Assembly: GCA_051294375.1 (NCBI GenBank)
Contig: CM119265.1
Location: 8,006,772 to 8,070,771, forward strand
Source: Paraspadella gotoi
Lineage: Eukaryota; Animalia; Chaetognatha
Reading direction: 5' to 3'
DNA length: 64,000 nucleotides
Of the stretch, positions 1 through 13,820 are shown in pieces. Each line of letters starts with the position of its first letter. The first letter of the stretch is position 1. The position numbers were made by a program, and so were the translations under genes. Under the pieces are notes generated by a model that did no database searches, was not told the DNA's origin, and saw nothing but the letters and a program-made list of their open reading frames with translations.

Positions 1-3000
1 ATATCAATCATTTTTTTCATACCAGAAATTGTTGGAGATATTGTTGGAAAAAAAAAACGAGGGCAGTCTCCCGACGGCGACGCCCTCTTTTTTTTCCTTT
101 GGCGTCTTAGCTTTTGAGGTGAGGACGAGGGAAGCAACGTCTCTTCATCTCTTGCCTTACCTATTTCCTTACCAATCTATTTTCTCTCCTTTTCTATTAT
201 CTTTCCTTTCCTAGGTCTTCCCTTCTCTCTCTTCGTCTACTTTGTCTCTTTCTCCTCGTCTCTGTCTCAATCTTTCCCTCGTTCTCTCTCTCTCTCTATC
301 TCTCTCCCTCGTCTCTGTCTCTATCTCTCTCCCTCGTCTCTGTCTCTATTTTGATGCGAAAAAAATACAACGCGTTACTGGGAACGAATAAGAGATTGAG
401 CAGAGGAAAGTTTCCCGCGCCGAGAAGCCATATCGTCGTCGTCTTCGTCGTCTTCGTCGTCGTCGTCGTCTTCTGTCTCTACGACAGATTTTGATGCCAG
501 CGACAGAAGTTATGTAACGTAATGTACTCTAATGTAACAACATCGGCCATATGCGTTATAAAGGTAAATGTTAGGGAAAGAAAAACTCAAAAAGTCAAAA
601 TACAATTATACAATATACATGTACTATGACATAGTCTATGTAGTTTTAAGTGACTAGACTTACTATCAGTTAAGTATAACTTAATAACTATAAGAAAAAC
701 TTCCGCGAGCTCTAATACGTAAGTACCAAAACACCCGGTTTTTTTTTGGCAAGAGAAAGGTAGGCGCTCTACAGTCGGAAACGTATAAAGCTGACGTCTC
801 CAATACTAGAATCAAATTACCATCCAGAAACGGCTACACTGACCCTTTTACGCCGAAAGTGGGAATAAAAATTGTGTTTTTTTGCTTGGATGGTTCGTTT
901 CTCTGACTCTTACCTAGACGAGGTCTCTCTGTCTCAATTCTCCCATTCTCCATGTCCGTAGATCCGTCTCACTCTTACTCTCGTCTCTCTTTTCTCTCTC
1001 TCTCTCTCTCCCCCACGGCCTAAAAATAATTCCATTCAAACTCGAATAATGAATTGAATTGATTGAAGTAGAGCGATATTTTTTATCCCGATTTCGCCTC
1101 CCGCGAGTGTCCATTGTCCGCACAGCCTTCCGACCACATGTCCTTAGTCCACAGACCACATCACTTTTACTCTCCACACCCCCGACAACAATGCCATAAC
1201 CACCCACATCAACTTTATAGTCACCAGACAATTCATATCAGTTTCACCCTTCCCCCCTAAGCACCCTAAGCTTCGCTCGATTTTTCCCGTGGGCGCAATG
1301 ACCGNNNNNNNNNNNNNNNNNNNNNNNNNNNNNNNNNNNNNNNNNNNNNNNNNNNNNNNNNNNNNNNNNNNNNNNNNNNNNNNNNNNNNNNNNNNNNNNN
1401 NNNNNNNNNNNNNNNNNNNNNNNNNNNNNNNNNNNNNNNNNNNNNNNNNNNNNNNNNNNNNNNNNNNNNNNNNNNNNNNNNNNNNNNNNNNNNNNNNNNN
1501 NNNNNNNNNNNNNNNNNNNNNNNNNNNNNNNNNNNNNNNNNNNNNNNNNNNNNNNNNNNNNNNNNNNNNNNNNNNNNNNNNNNNNNNNNNNNNNNNNNNN
1601 NNNNNNNNNNNNNNNNNNNNNNNNNNNNNNNNNNNNNNNNNNNNNNNNNNNNNNNNNNNNNNNNNNNNNNNNNNNNNNNNNNNNNNNNNNNNNNNNNNNN
1701 NNNNNNNNNNNNNNNNNNNNNNNNNNNNNNNNNNNNNNNNNNTTTTTTTTTCTGGAAAATATAATTTTCTTTCGCACTGATACTTTTCCTTTCGGCCTCG
1801 TCACACACGTTGTGTCTCTTCCTTTATTTTCCTTTATTTTCTTTTCTTTTCTTTTCTTTTCTCTTTATCTCTAAGGAACTCCCGCTTTACTTTTTTCCTT
1901 CCTTATATTTTCTCCATCTCCCTCTCTCTGCCTCTACTTCGTCTCTCTCTCCATTTAACTCCTGGCGTTCATTATTTCTGAGTTCGTAATTTCCCGTTTA
2001 TACTCGCACGTNNNNNNNNNNNNNNNNNNNNNNNNNNNNNNNNNNNNNNNNNNNNNNNNNNNNNNNNNNNNNNNNNNNNNNNNNNNNNNNNNNNNNNNNN
2101 NNNNNNNNNNNNNNNNNNNNNNNNNNNNNNNNNNNNNNNNNNNNNNNNNNNNNNNNNNNNNNNNNNNNNNNNNNNNNNNNTTCCGATCCGCTCATTTAAC
2201 TATTGACTCGGGTTAAATCTTTCTCTCGCGCCTGTTTTTCCTTTCGTCATTTTTTCTCATTTCTTTTAGACATTTCTCTTTTTTTTCCCTTTTTTTTCCT
2301 TTTTAGATATTCTTTGCCTTCCCCGTCCTTTGTCGCATTCTCTCCTTTTTTTCCACTCTACTTTAAACTTCACGCTTTACTTTTTATCCCCTTTTTTTCT
2401 TTCTCACAGAATCCTACCTCTTTGCTTTAATTTCCCCCTTCGGCCCTACGTTCAAAAAGCAAAGAGTCGTGTGGCCAAAGAAAAGGATTCTCTCTCTCTN
2501 NNNNNNNNNNNNNNNNNNNNNNNNNNNNNNNNNNNNNNNNNNNNNNNNNNNNNNNNNNNNNNNNNNNNNNNNNNNNNNNNNNNNNNNNNNNNNNNNNNNN
2601 NNNNNNNNNNNNNNNNNNNNNNNNNNNNNNNNNNNNNNNNNNNNNNNNNNNNNNNNNNNNNNNNNNNTCCTTTCTTTTTTTTTCTTTCTTCTTTTTAATT
2701 CTTTCTTTTCTCATTCCTGCTGGCAAAACTCTCGAGTCACGTGACTTTGATCAGGCAGCCAAAGCCGAGGAGGGGAACAGCTGGCCACGAGTTTCGAGGT
2801 TGAGAGTCCGACCAATCGCGTCGTCGTCGTCGTCGTCGTCGGCATCTTTAGAAAATCAGACCAATGAAAAAGTCCTATCAAATCAGTCCACTTCTTTGTT
2901 CTGTGAATTTTAATTTATTCATGTAAAAGTTGAGCTGGGATTTATAAATAATTGAATTTAACTATTTGTTCCATTCTGTTATGATCAAAACATAAAAATA

Positions 3001-3206
3001 TAAAAAAAAGAATTGACTAAATTCTCAATTATTTTAAAATCATTGTAAAATCTCAGCTCGATATTACTCTTCGCAACGTCAGGCACGTGACTCTCAAAAA
3101 CCTAAGCGCCTCAACCACCTTTTATTTTCTCCGTTTCCTCGTTCCAACTCAGAGTCCAACTCGGTCTCAGATCCTCACGACCGCACCATGGAGCGCCGTC
3201 GCCGGT

Positions 3207-3246
<40 letters not shown>

Positions 3247-3905
3247 AAGACGACGATGACGATGACGATGTCAATGACGATGACGGGAAAGGAAATTACA
3301 AAGAGGACTATAAAGAATTGAAGATTGNNNNNNNNNNNNNNNNNNNNNNNNNGATTGAAATTGACTTAAATGCTTAAAGATGTGAAAGACAAAGCATATT
3401 GTTACAATATCGGTGACGAAACTCATATCGATGTTCTTCAGAGGTGACTGTATAAATGATTAAAAAGAACCAACAACATAAACCAAACAGAACGCTATGA
3501 TGAGTCATTTACTCTTCAATGTGACCACAACAACTACAAACAACTAAGAAGAGGTCGATAGATCGCATATAACAGATCCTTTTGTGTCTCCCATTCATTT
3601 CCTCCCCCCCTCCCGCCCGCCCCCCCCCCCCCACCCCCCCCCCCCTTCTGCCGGCTCACCCCCTCCCCCTTTTTCCAACCTCGGTTCGTCAAAGGTGAGA
3701 GAAATGCGTTTTGTCCGCGGGTCATTTTAATGGAGATGAAATCTGCCCGTAGCTGTTTTCTGACCGTGGACGTGCGGAATGGGATAGAAGAGAGAGAACA
3801 TGAGAGAGAGATGATAGAGAGTGAGATGTAAGAGAGAGACGAGAGAGAGAAAGTGTCGACGGCAATGGAGGACTTCGAAGGAGAGGGGGGGAGAGAGAGA
3901 GAGAG

Positions 3906-3992
<87 letters not shown>

Positions 3993-5106
3993 ACCTCGCA
4001 TTTTTGTCTTCTCAAACACTCGACCTCGAAGAAAAAAAACGATTTTTTGTGGGGGTTTTGTTTTGAGGACAATTTTATTTATTTCTTTGTATCTTTGTTT
4101 TGTGGAGTGGGCGAGATGATTTTTAATGGATTGTCATGTAAACATGTGGACAGTGAAAAGTGCAAGGGAGATTTTTGCACACGTGGATTACATATTAGTC
4201 AGGTTATATGTACCAAACACTAGTAAACATCACGAGTAGGAGTGGATGAAAGAGAAGAAAGAGAGGGAGAGGAAAGAGAGAAAAGGGGAGAGGGAGAGAA
4301 GAGAGTTTATAGTGGGAGAGAGAGAGAGAGAGATAAGAGAAGAGACGAGAGAGAGATGAGAGATCGAAAGAGAGAGAGAGAGAGATGGGGGAGAGAAATA
4401 GCGGAAGAACGACAAAAACGTCTCGGCAAACTTTACAAAGGAATATAAAGGACATGACTCGATTGTAAAAAAAATCAGAGTCTGCAACGCGGAAAACACT
4501 TTCAAAATACACTTCGAAAATAAACAAAAAAAATAACAATAATCGATAACAAAAAAATAATTAGCATATTCTGGTTAAAAAAAATAAGATAATAGGAAAA
4601 AAAACTACAGCTGTAAAGTTGAAAGGCCTCGAATTCAACTGATTGGTGACTCTCGCGGAAAATTAGTTTACAAAAATTCATTTTCGCTTACTTTACAAAA
4701 AATGGGGGAAAGAAAAAACATTGTAAATGAATAAATAAGCACAAAAAACAAAACAATAAATAGCCCTTGACGAATGAGTTCCGTGAATTACATGTGCGGT
4801 TTGGTGATGTCGTAGTGATATATTTGTATCCGAATTGAATTCAAATTGTGTTTAACGATTTCCTACTGAATGAAGTTTGAAAAAAAAGGATTGTGTACCA
4901 TTGGAAAAATCGTCTTTTGCTTATGAAGAATCGATTCATTTATATTTTCGCTATAATCTATAGTGAAAAAAAAAATGTTTGTGCGCAGAAGAAAAAAAAA
5001 ATTAGGGTCTAGATTAAATACATTTTTGGTGGATGTTACGACGGATCAAACTCTCACGTTTGTGTAACTACGTTTCGCATGTGTAATATTTTAGGAATAT
5101 CAACGA

Positions 5107-5856
5107 TTATCCCCTTAAATCCGAAGCTACATTGGGGATCCTTGTTTCTTCCGGACGGGATGTGCGAATTCTTTCAACGTGTTTCCGGCTATTCAAAGTC
5201 GTTCGGGGTCGCGGCATTTCCGCAAGTGAAGGCGGTAAAACCGCTGTTTTGGAAAAACGTTAGAGCATTACGGCATTTAAGCGGCTCGTTCCTCTCTTTG
5301 GACTCCGTAATGCCCGAAACTCGTTCATCTCTTGATTCTTCTCTCTGTTGGCGATCTGAGTATGCATTCTGCAAATGATAGAAAAAAAAACCAAATGTCC
5401 TTGGTCTCCTTGTTCGTTCATTGCTAATTTCTGTCGTGAGCAATTAATTTTATCTTTTTCTTCAGGCGCCTTCACATTTCAGCGCTCTTCGTTTTTATGT
5501 AATCGCTGTGAAAAATCGTCGCACAAAACCTTGGTCTTTCTCACATCTTTTTCACATTGCATTCTCTCCACAGCCCTTAATAATTCAATGATTAATCTTT
5601 TTAATTATTTATGAAAGAAGAAGCAAAAAAAAAGGACGTCGCTCTTTTTGTCTTTTTAAGTCGCCCCTGAGGAGTATTTTTTGGTAAGAGAAGTCGTTAT
5701 TGCGGATCGCGTTCGGTTCATTGCTCGTTTGGTTTTTGCTGGCGAATTCCCGGAGAGAGGTAATGGTGTGAGAATGGTGGGAAATCGAGGGTTAGAGAAA
5801 CGGTTAGGTAAGTTATGATGGTTCTTTCTTGAAAGTTCTTTAACATTGGTAATGTG
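5107..5856 (-). pseudogene. Degenerate or intron-containing coding-like frame with coiled-coil-like segment
   Basis: 250 codons in one frame with only 4 internal stops (TAA 5656, TAA 5605, TGA 5479, TAA 5260), e.g. LKRLIIELLRAVERMQCEKDVRK and MHTQIANREKNQEMNEFRALRSP. Confidence 0.3.
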
Positions 5857-5862
5857 TTATGT

Positions 5863-6040
5863 ATGTATATGTTATGAAATTTGGTAACACCCAATATAAA
5901 ATTATCCATGCATTTAATAAATAAGGCTATCTTGCCCCCTGACTGTTTGGAAGGCTTTGGTCGCTTTAAGGGACTCCATCAGTCTTTACATGATACTGAC
6001 ATAAGCAGGTTCCTGCAAGCTTTCAATCAACGACTCTCAC
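5863..6040 (+). repeat. Dispersed repeat, copy 1
   Basis: aaaattatccat...gctatcttgccc...tttgg...tttaagg...gcaggt...cctgcaa...gcttt...gactc shared with 61503-61672. Confidence 0.75.
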
Positions 6041-6245
6041 CACAGATTATCAATTATTATAGATTATCTATAATATTATAATATGATTATTTTGATACCA
6101 TAATATATTATATACTTTAATTACATTTCTTTTTAATAAACTCCGGAATCTCAAAAGCAAATGAACTGTCAAAAAGTCTGTGATGAAGTTCCTACTCACT
6201 TTCTTGATCTTGTTATTTATCCTTTTAACTCCTCACTTTACTCAC

Positions 6246-6475
6246 CTCTCAATATATTTCCATTAACATCCCCCACCCTGATATCACCTCCCCCCACTCG
6301 TACCTCGTCTTCTCCTTGGCGATGTGTACAACCCTGGTGATTTTTCGTTGGTGACTGGCAATTTGCAAGTCGCCAAATGGGCGTTCCAGAGTGACTCTTC
6401 GTGTGACTCCACCAAACAGGAGCCTGCAAATTGTTCGTCGCCAAAGAGCCTTCGTTTTAAATCCGTCGCTTATTA
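6246..6475 (-). CDS. Candidate exon, unknown product
   Basis: Microsatellite-free, stop-poor block ending at a strong donor GAG|GTGAGT (~6245). Frame is ambiguous. Confidence 0.25.
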
Positions 6476-7079
6476 TCTATTCAGATAAATTTCAGACTCG
6501 ATTTCCTTTATGAAAAATTCCCGGGTCTCCGAGGTCTTTCATGCTTATTTAACATTTTCGATTGATCTTCGCTTTTGTTCCTGAATTTTTCGTTGGGAAC
6601 CCGGAATTTACATCGCTCTAGTGTTAGTATTGTGGAATAATCATCGAATCATGAATTTAGTCGCTAGAACATATAAATAATCAATATTTAACGAATATTA
6701 AAATAAAAATTAAGGGAAAATATGTACTATTTTATGAGAAAAGTTTTTTTTCCATGAAAAAGCTTTCCCTTGTACTTGGCTATGCGCAATGAGAGAAATT
6801 TTCAGGACTTGGCGCGGAATCATTTAATGTTTTGACGCAGGGTGCATATAAGCAGAGGAGGATTTCTGATGGAGACGGTAAAGGCGGATGGGAGGACTGA
6901 GATGATGAGAGTCGAGACGATAGGAGACGCAAATGACGAGAATGGGAGGAGCAAACAGTAGAGAGAGAGAGAGAGAGCGGGATGAAGAATCTGAGCAATG
7001 AGGAACGCAGGAGAGAAGTCCGCGAGAGAGAGAGAGAGCAAGGAGAGACAGGGAAGGCAAAATAACAATTGTAATTAAC

Positions 7080-7995
7080 CTGAAGCCTTTTTGTCGAGTT
7101 TAGCGATTGATCCTCAGAGATGCTCCGATTTCCCCGTTACAATCTCCTTTCTCTCGCTCTCCAAGAAATTGGCCTTGCTCTTTTCAACGTCTGATGGGCT
7201 GTGGGACGAAAATCGGCGGAGAAAATTGAGGCTTCTGCCAAAACTGGATTCGGGTGGATGAGAGTAAGGATTGGCAAGGTTGTCCCAGATCCGGGCCTTT
7301 TTTTCGTTGGATATAATGGAATTTAGATTGAAAAATTAGCCTGGGTTTTTGCAGATAATATTCTTTGGAACGTTTCCCAATTATATGGTTTAGCTTATTG
7401 CGGTTCAAGTTCCAATTTTTGTCAAATATGAATCGTGTTTTGAGTTGGACATCGGGGTTCCGGAATTTGTATTGACTGTGTTTCCATATACAGGGCGAGA
7501 TGTGGGCCGTCCTATATTATCCGGACAAAAGTGAAAGTTTCTTTTCCTGCCTGAACGAGATTTGGACAATCCAATTTTGTGTAGACTTTTTACAATTTTT
7601 AGACAGCGCCTCCGTTGTGGGATAGGAACGATAAAATCATTGGAGTGCATGCTAACAATTATTATGAATGAATTTTTAATATAATAAAAGGTTTTAGAGA
7701 CGCGTAGAATTATAGTCATTTCCAGGATTTAAATAACTATTAGTTTGTTTTTACATCAAGATGAATTTTGCCGGAGCCTGGTCTCCCTCCAATATAAAGA
7801 AACTCCCTCGTTTCGTGCAACCCCCCTCCCTGACGCTCCCCGCTCCCACAATATTCCGCACAATCTGCTGGGGGATTCTTTGACTCACAACATTCCGTTG
7901 GGAGATGTTGTCTCGGTTCCACGCAGTCTGCATCGTGATCGAGTAGCATCATCCTTCTTCATACTCCTTCCATCATTATTCAACGACTCACCCTT
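7080..7995 (-). CDS. Coding-like block with frameshifts, includes Walker-A-like FLYIGGRPGSGKI (7764-7802)
   Basis: Overlapping ORFs 7740-7952, 7405-7719 and 7184-7408 in complex sequence; a hydrophobic strand precedes GxxxxGK. Confidence 0.3.
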
Positions 7996-9388
7996 TCGGA
8001 TAAAAAAAAGGAAGAAAAAAAAATTTCATTTTGGGAGGAAAGCTGTTGTTTTTTTTAATTTTCCGTGAGTGTCGCAGTTTGACTTATAAAAAAATGAAAG
8101 AGAGCAAAGATTCTACGATCGATAAATTCCGCGCGTTTATATACGCTCGCGCATATATGTTTCGCACGTTTTATTAAGAACATTAGTTCGTTTTATATAC
8201 AAAATAAATCTCTAGTTCTACTCATTAGCCAAATATAATATGATCTTTAACATAATAAACATTTAAAATATAGCCGCCGCAGTATCCTTCAAAGGTGCCA
8301 TCTTAGATATCAGGTATATTTCACAACCTAAATTGGTATTTCAGATCCGAGTAAGCAGTTTCGAAGACAATTCAGTTAAGGCATTCGGAGCGCGTGTATA
8401 AAACAAAATTCGAATAAATAATATAGATACTACACAACAAGACTGACAGTTTTACTTTCGTTTCAAAAGACCGAAAATACGGCGACGCGCGGCAAAACTC
8501 GTTTTTCAGGGGGTTCGTCCCTCGAGCCTTTCAACCTCAAATTTTCCCACTTCGCTCGATCCCCCGAGTATTTTACAACCCTCTCCTCGCCAGATGCAAC
8601 CAGATTTTGTTGTTTTGGAAAATATAAGAAGCGACCATCATTTTCATATTTCGACCGTAGCAACAATAAAAGACTATACAACTTGTGAATCAGTTGATAT
8701 ATTCTAACGCGAGAAACGACCCCTATCGTTTGCCAACAATGAAAACCTACCTATACGACGCCATTGGTCGCCTCCATTCTCGTAAATCATCCCAACGCCA
8801 TCTTCCGATGCCCATTTTCGCGTTAACTCCCACTGTGTGATCAGCACAGTGTGTTGCCCAGGCCGAGCACCGCCACGACCGGCCAACAGGGTAATGACCT
8901 TTGCCGATCGATTTGCCTGCCAAACGAGTTAAAACTGCCCTCCACGCCCCCTTTTTTCGCCCCCCCCTCTCGATCGCCTTTGCTCCCCTTTCGCCAAACA
9001 AAGAAGTTAGATCAAGTTTGTGCTCGTGGATGTGATACAATGCGTTTTTCTGTGTATCGCCTCATTCGCCGAGAGAGAGGAGAGAGGGAAAGAGAGAGAG
9101 AGGGAGAGAGAGAGAAAAAGAGGTAAAACTAACCCGTTAAGCTCGCGAGGAGACGGAATAAAAAAAAAACGCGCCCGAGAGACAAAAGAGCGGGATAGAG
9201 AGCGAGACAAATTGATTTCTCACGTTTGGTCATTTATTGGAAATCTTTCGCGTCCATATTTCTTGGAGTTAAAAATCCCTTTAGCCTTCAGGTACTGAAG
9301 ATGGTCGCGTCTCTTCCCACTGAAGTAGTCTCCAACATCTGTTCTGGCACAGAGAGAGAGAGATTTTTAGAGAGAGAGAGAGAGAGAG

Positions 9389-9439
<51 letters not shown>

Positions 9440-10114
9440 ATCTTAGGAGAACGAAAATCTGGGTCAGACATAACCACGCGGCGCTAGACGCCGGTGAGAC
9501 TCTGTGGATGAAAGGAGAGAATGATGATGATGATTAATACATCTATTAACAGCCTGGGCCCACGCCGTATGGTGCCCTCTTAGGCGACTCGATGAATAAT
9601 AACTAGTGACATTTACAGATAATGTCCTAAATACTGACATTATGAATCTATTATGACTTTTTGACTGAGTGAAAAAATTCTATCTGAACAGAATGTTGCA
9701 GACACTATTCTGCAATTTCGTAAAATTTTACATGTTGACATTACGTAAGTTAATAGTTTGAATGGCCCAAAATTATTAAAATATTTAAACATGTTCGGTA
9801 AAAACCCCGATCGGTGTTTTAAAGTCAACATAATATAACGCGTAATATTCCGTAACAATAGTATATAACCGATAGTCAAACTACGCGGTTTTAATCCAAT
9901 TTTATAACTATCACGTGACGTTCTACATGACTGCTGAAAACAGTATCTAATACTGCCTGAAAACAGGCACTATAAATCGGCGCAATGTCTCGTAAAGTAA
10001 AACAAGTTGAAAAATTTAATATTTCTAATGCACAAACGAATTTACTTCAATACGGCGATCGCGCATAAGCGAATTAACTTTAATACGCACTAAGCGAAGA
10101 TTTACTTTAAGTGT

Positions 10115-10513
10115 TTAACTCGTCTTATTTAGATTTGAGGGTCTGTATTTTGTAATAATGATGAAAGTTTGGCACAAATGAAGAAGTTTGGCACGATCGA
10201 GTCCTCAGGCCGACTGCTGCGGCTGGGCATCGGCCGAATGAAATCTGCTGAGGGGCGTGCCGATCTTGTTGACTCCTTTTGCTTTACTCCCGTTTTGCAT
10301 GTCGTTCATCGTCTCCATCACGAAGTTTGAAATTGAGTTCGAAACCCCGCTTGCCGAGTAGGTTCCTGCGTATCTTGGGTGAGATATTGTTTGAATGCTA
10401 TTGGTTCGGTCGGCACTGAGTAAACTTAAGTTCGGTCACAGCGCCTGTCTTTTGTTAACGTGGAACCCAGGCCAATTCCGCTGGAGAGACGGCTTTGTAC
10501 GTTTCGCCAGCTC
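10115..10513 (-). pseudogene. Coding-like frame with two in-frame TGA
   Basis: 133 codons (ELAKRTKPSLQRNWPGFH...SISNFVMETMNDMQNGSKAKGVNKIGTPLSRFHSADAQPQQSA) with TGA at 10436 and 10205. Confidence 0.25.
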
Positions 10514-11159
10514 TAATTTTTAATCTTCATATTGATGAATAGTGTCCCCGCCCCCCCCCCCTTTAACAAATATTGACTTTTGAAGTACATATTAATTATC
10601 TTTTTAGGCGAAATTTCATTTTAAATGGCATCTTAATGCCGGGGCTGTCTTCCGTCACTCGGAAGTTCTAAGACTCCGATGATTTGCCACGATACTGTTG
10701 GGATTGTTTAAGCAACACTCTCAAGAGGATTGTGTAGTGTATTTTTCTAATTTGTTCCAATGAACTTCTGACATGGGGATATAACTCCGTTGACTCGCGT
10801 ATTCGAATATAGGTTGCTATATCATAACGTTATAATAGATTATGTATTAATCGTGGATGGTTTGGGTTTTAGGTTTCCTTATTCTAGCGATAGAACAGAC
10901 CCCAGTCTTGTGATTCGGCGCTTCGTCATGGTTGCAATAATGTATCTTTCCAGAGGCAGTTTTTTTGGTCAAAATCTGAACCCCCTAAGTTACAGGTATT
11001 CTGTGAATGTCATCTGGCAGGATATCCGTCCATCGACCTACTCTAGCCATCTGGGTCAAAAGGAGGGACACTTTGAGTGGACACTGAATGGCGGGCAATC
11101 GTACGGCAAAAAATATATGAATGCCTAAGTGAACAACATGAAATTACATGGAAGAAGAG

Positions 11160-11197
<38 letters not shown>

Positions 11198-11203
11198 AGA
11201 GAG

Positions 11204-11235
<32 letters not shown>

Positions 11236-12207
11236 GATGGGTTTTTGCATTCGGTGACGAGCACCGCCATGAACAACACCGTTAGAGACCAAGACATGCG
11301 CTATCTTTGTTCGTTCTCGCGTCGATGCGGAACCCTATCCACGCGTTTCTCTCTACATCTCGTATCATAAACTTTTTCTTATAAATTTTTTCTTGAAAAC
11401 CCAACACATATCCCCAAAAAGTCCTAATCATCCTAACCAGTTTTAAAATAATTTTGAATATTAAACGATTTTATTTTGTCTATTTTTTCGGAATTGCATA
11501 TTTGTCATGATATGTTTTAATATCTTTGCAATTCCCTATTTTTTGCTTTCCCATCGTTTTTTCTCTAAATCCGGAAGTTTCGCATTTATTTCGCGTCCGA
11601 TCTCAGCGCCGCGCCACCGCCCCTTGCCTCCAACCAGCTTACACACCCGGGTTCCGCTCTCTCTCTGCTCGTCTCTTCTCCTCTCATCTTGCTCTCGTCT
11701 CTCTCTCGCCCGATAAACCTCAATTTAGAGGCTTTTAATCCGAGAGAGAAATTTCATGGCTCGCGCCTCATCTGCGCCGAGAAGCGAATATAAAAATGCC
11801 TCGACTCTCAAACCGTTTCTTCACACTTCAATCTCTTTCTGTCTGTCTGTCTTTTTGTCAATCTTTCTCTTTTTCTCTCTCTCTCCTCTCTCGTTCTTTC
11901 CGCCAGCTTTCAGCCGATCGGCGAATTCCATCTTTCAGCGTGTTCGAGTTTCCCATTCAATTTCGCCAAGTACCTGCCCGGTCGCGAGCTTCATTCTCCG
12001 CTAACTGCGGAACACTTCATGCTTATATCCCCCTTGACTGACGAATACGCTACTCCCACCCTTCTTTTCCTAACTTCGCCCTACGCCCGCGCTGCCTTCG
12101 CGCCGCGCCCGCCGCGCCCGCCGCTGCAGCCAAACTGTGTATGTCGCCGCGATTTTGAGTTTGACGCTGGAATGATTGATGGAACAAAAAACACAGTTTG
12201 AATTTCG

Positions 12208-12294
<87 letters not shown>

Positions 12295-12440
12295 CCATAT
12301 CCATTTCTCTCTGTAGGTGTGGGAAAACTGTTACGCTTGAACTTTTGTTTTCAAGGTCTTCAGGTTTTTTTTTCTCTTTACCTCCTCTCGGAGTTTTCTT
12401 ACGCCGTGAATAACATTCGTCTCTCACCCCCTGGGCTAGA

Positions 12441-12477
<37 letters not shown>

Positions 12478-13777
12478 GAAAGAGAGAGAAGAGAGAGGAG
12501 AGAAAAGGACCACAGAGAGAGAGAGAGAGAGAGAGGAGGAGAAACGGTCCCTTTCGTCTTCAGTGAGGAGGATATAATTTCTTTTCTTCGGGCGAAACAA
12601 ATTATTTCCATCGTTTATTCATTCCTTTTTTTTTCCTTCACAATTAACGGGAGGATTCACTGATAATTCACCCAACCGTTCTTGGCCGATTCAGCCGACC
12701 ATTCACCAACATTCACTCAACCATCGATCGATATTCGCGCAGTCATGCATTGACATTCACTCGACCATTCATTTTTGACCGTTCACCGACTTTCATTGAA
12801 ATTCTTTGGAATTGAACGAATCTAATCGGGAAAAACGTTTCTAGAAAGGAAATGTAAAGAAAAAAAATATAACACAACAACAAAATCAAATATGAGATAA
12901 ATTCGATGTATATATATCTTTAAACGAGTTTTTAATGGGGTAAGTTATGGTTAGTGTGGGTAAGTTTCGTTGATTATGTCACACGAAGTCTTTCGTTTAA
13001 TTTTTGTATCAATTCTTCTTTTAATCTTTTTTTTTCTAAAAAAATTTTTTTTCGGGAATTCCGTCTATTTTTCTAACTACAACTTGTGTAAAAATTATAC
13101 ATTCATTTATTAAATATATAACCTCCAAAAGTGCCGATTCTCCATTTCACTCGTGCCTTCTATTCCTAAACCAATCACTTCATCACCTTTCCTTATCATC
13201 GCTCACTCTTCTCCCATCAACCACTTTCTCCTCACAATTTCTCCCCCCCCCCGCCCGCCATCTTTCGTCTTTCGCTCTCGTCTTCGTCTCCTTTAAATTC
13301 TCTCTGCCTCTTTTTGTTTTTTTTCGGCCTAAACTCATTTTCCATCGTAAAAAAAAGAAAAGAATGGACGTCGTTGTCATCAACGACGTTGCCATCGGCG
13401 TCGTTATCGCAGTTATCATCGTCGTCGTCGTCGTCGTCGTCGTCGTCGGCCTTATCAATCGTCGTCATCGACATCGTCGTCACCATCGCCCGTCTTATAA
13501 TCAGACCGTGACAACCTCACGCTCTCTTATCGAACGTGGCAGCTGCCGTGTAAGAGGACGTCATCGCCGCGGCCGAAACGGTTGCCGCTGGCCGCTGACT
13601 GCTGTCGCTGTTGTTCGAAAATGCGTAAACAACAGCGAGAGCGATTTTTTTTTTTATGTTTTTTTTTTTTTTGTTTTTTTTTTGTTTTGTTTTTTTTTTT
13701 TTTTGTTCGAAAAACCCAAGTCTTTGGAAGTAGAATCTTCGCGCAGGTCGAGGCCTGGTGCTTTCTTCTCTCTCTCC

Positions 13778-13820
<43 letters not shown>

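Noticed and set aside
6430-6456. KRRLFGDE (and KRLFGDE at ~49502-49522) as a CDK-inhibitor/cyclin-binding motif
   Set aside because: Short motif in an uncertain frame, with none of the rest of the Cip/Kip domain.
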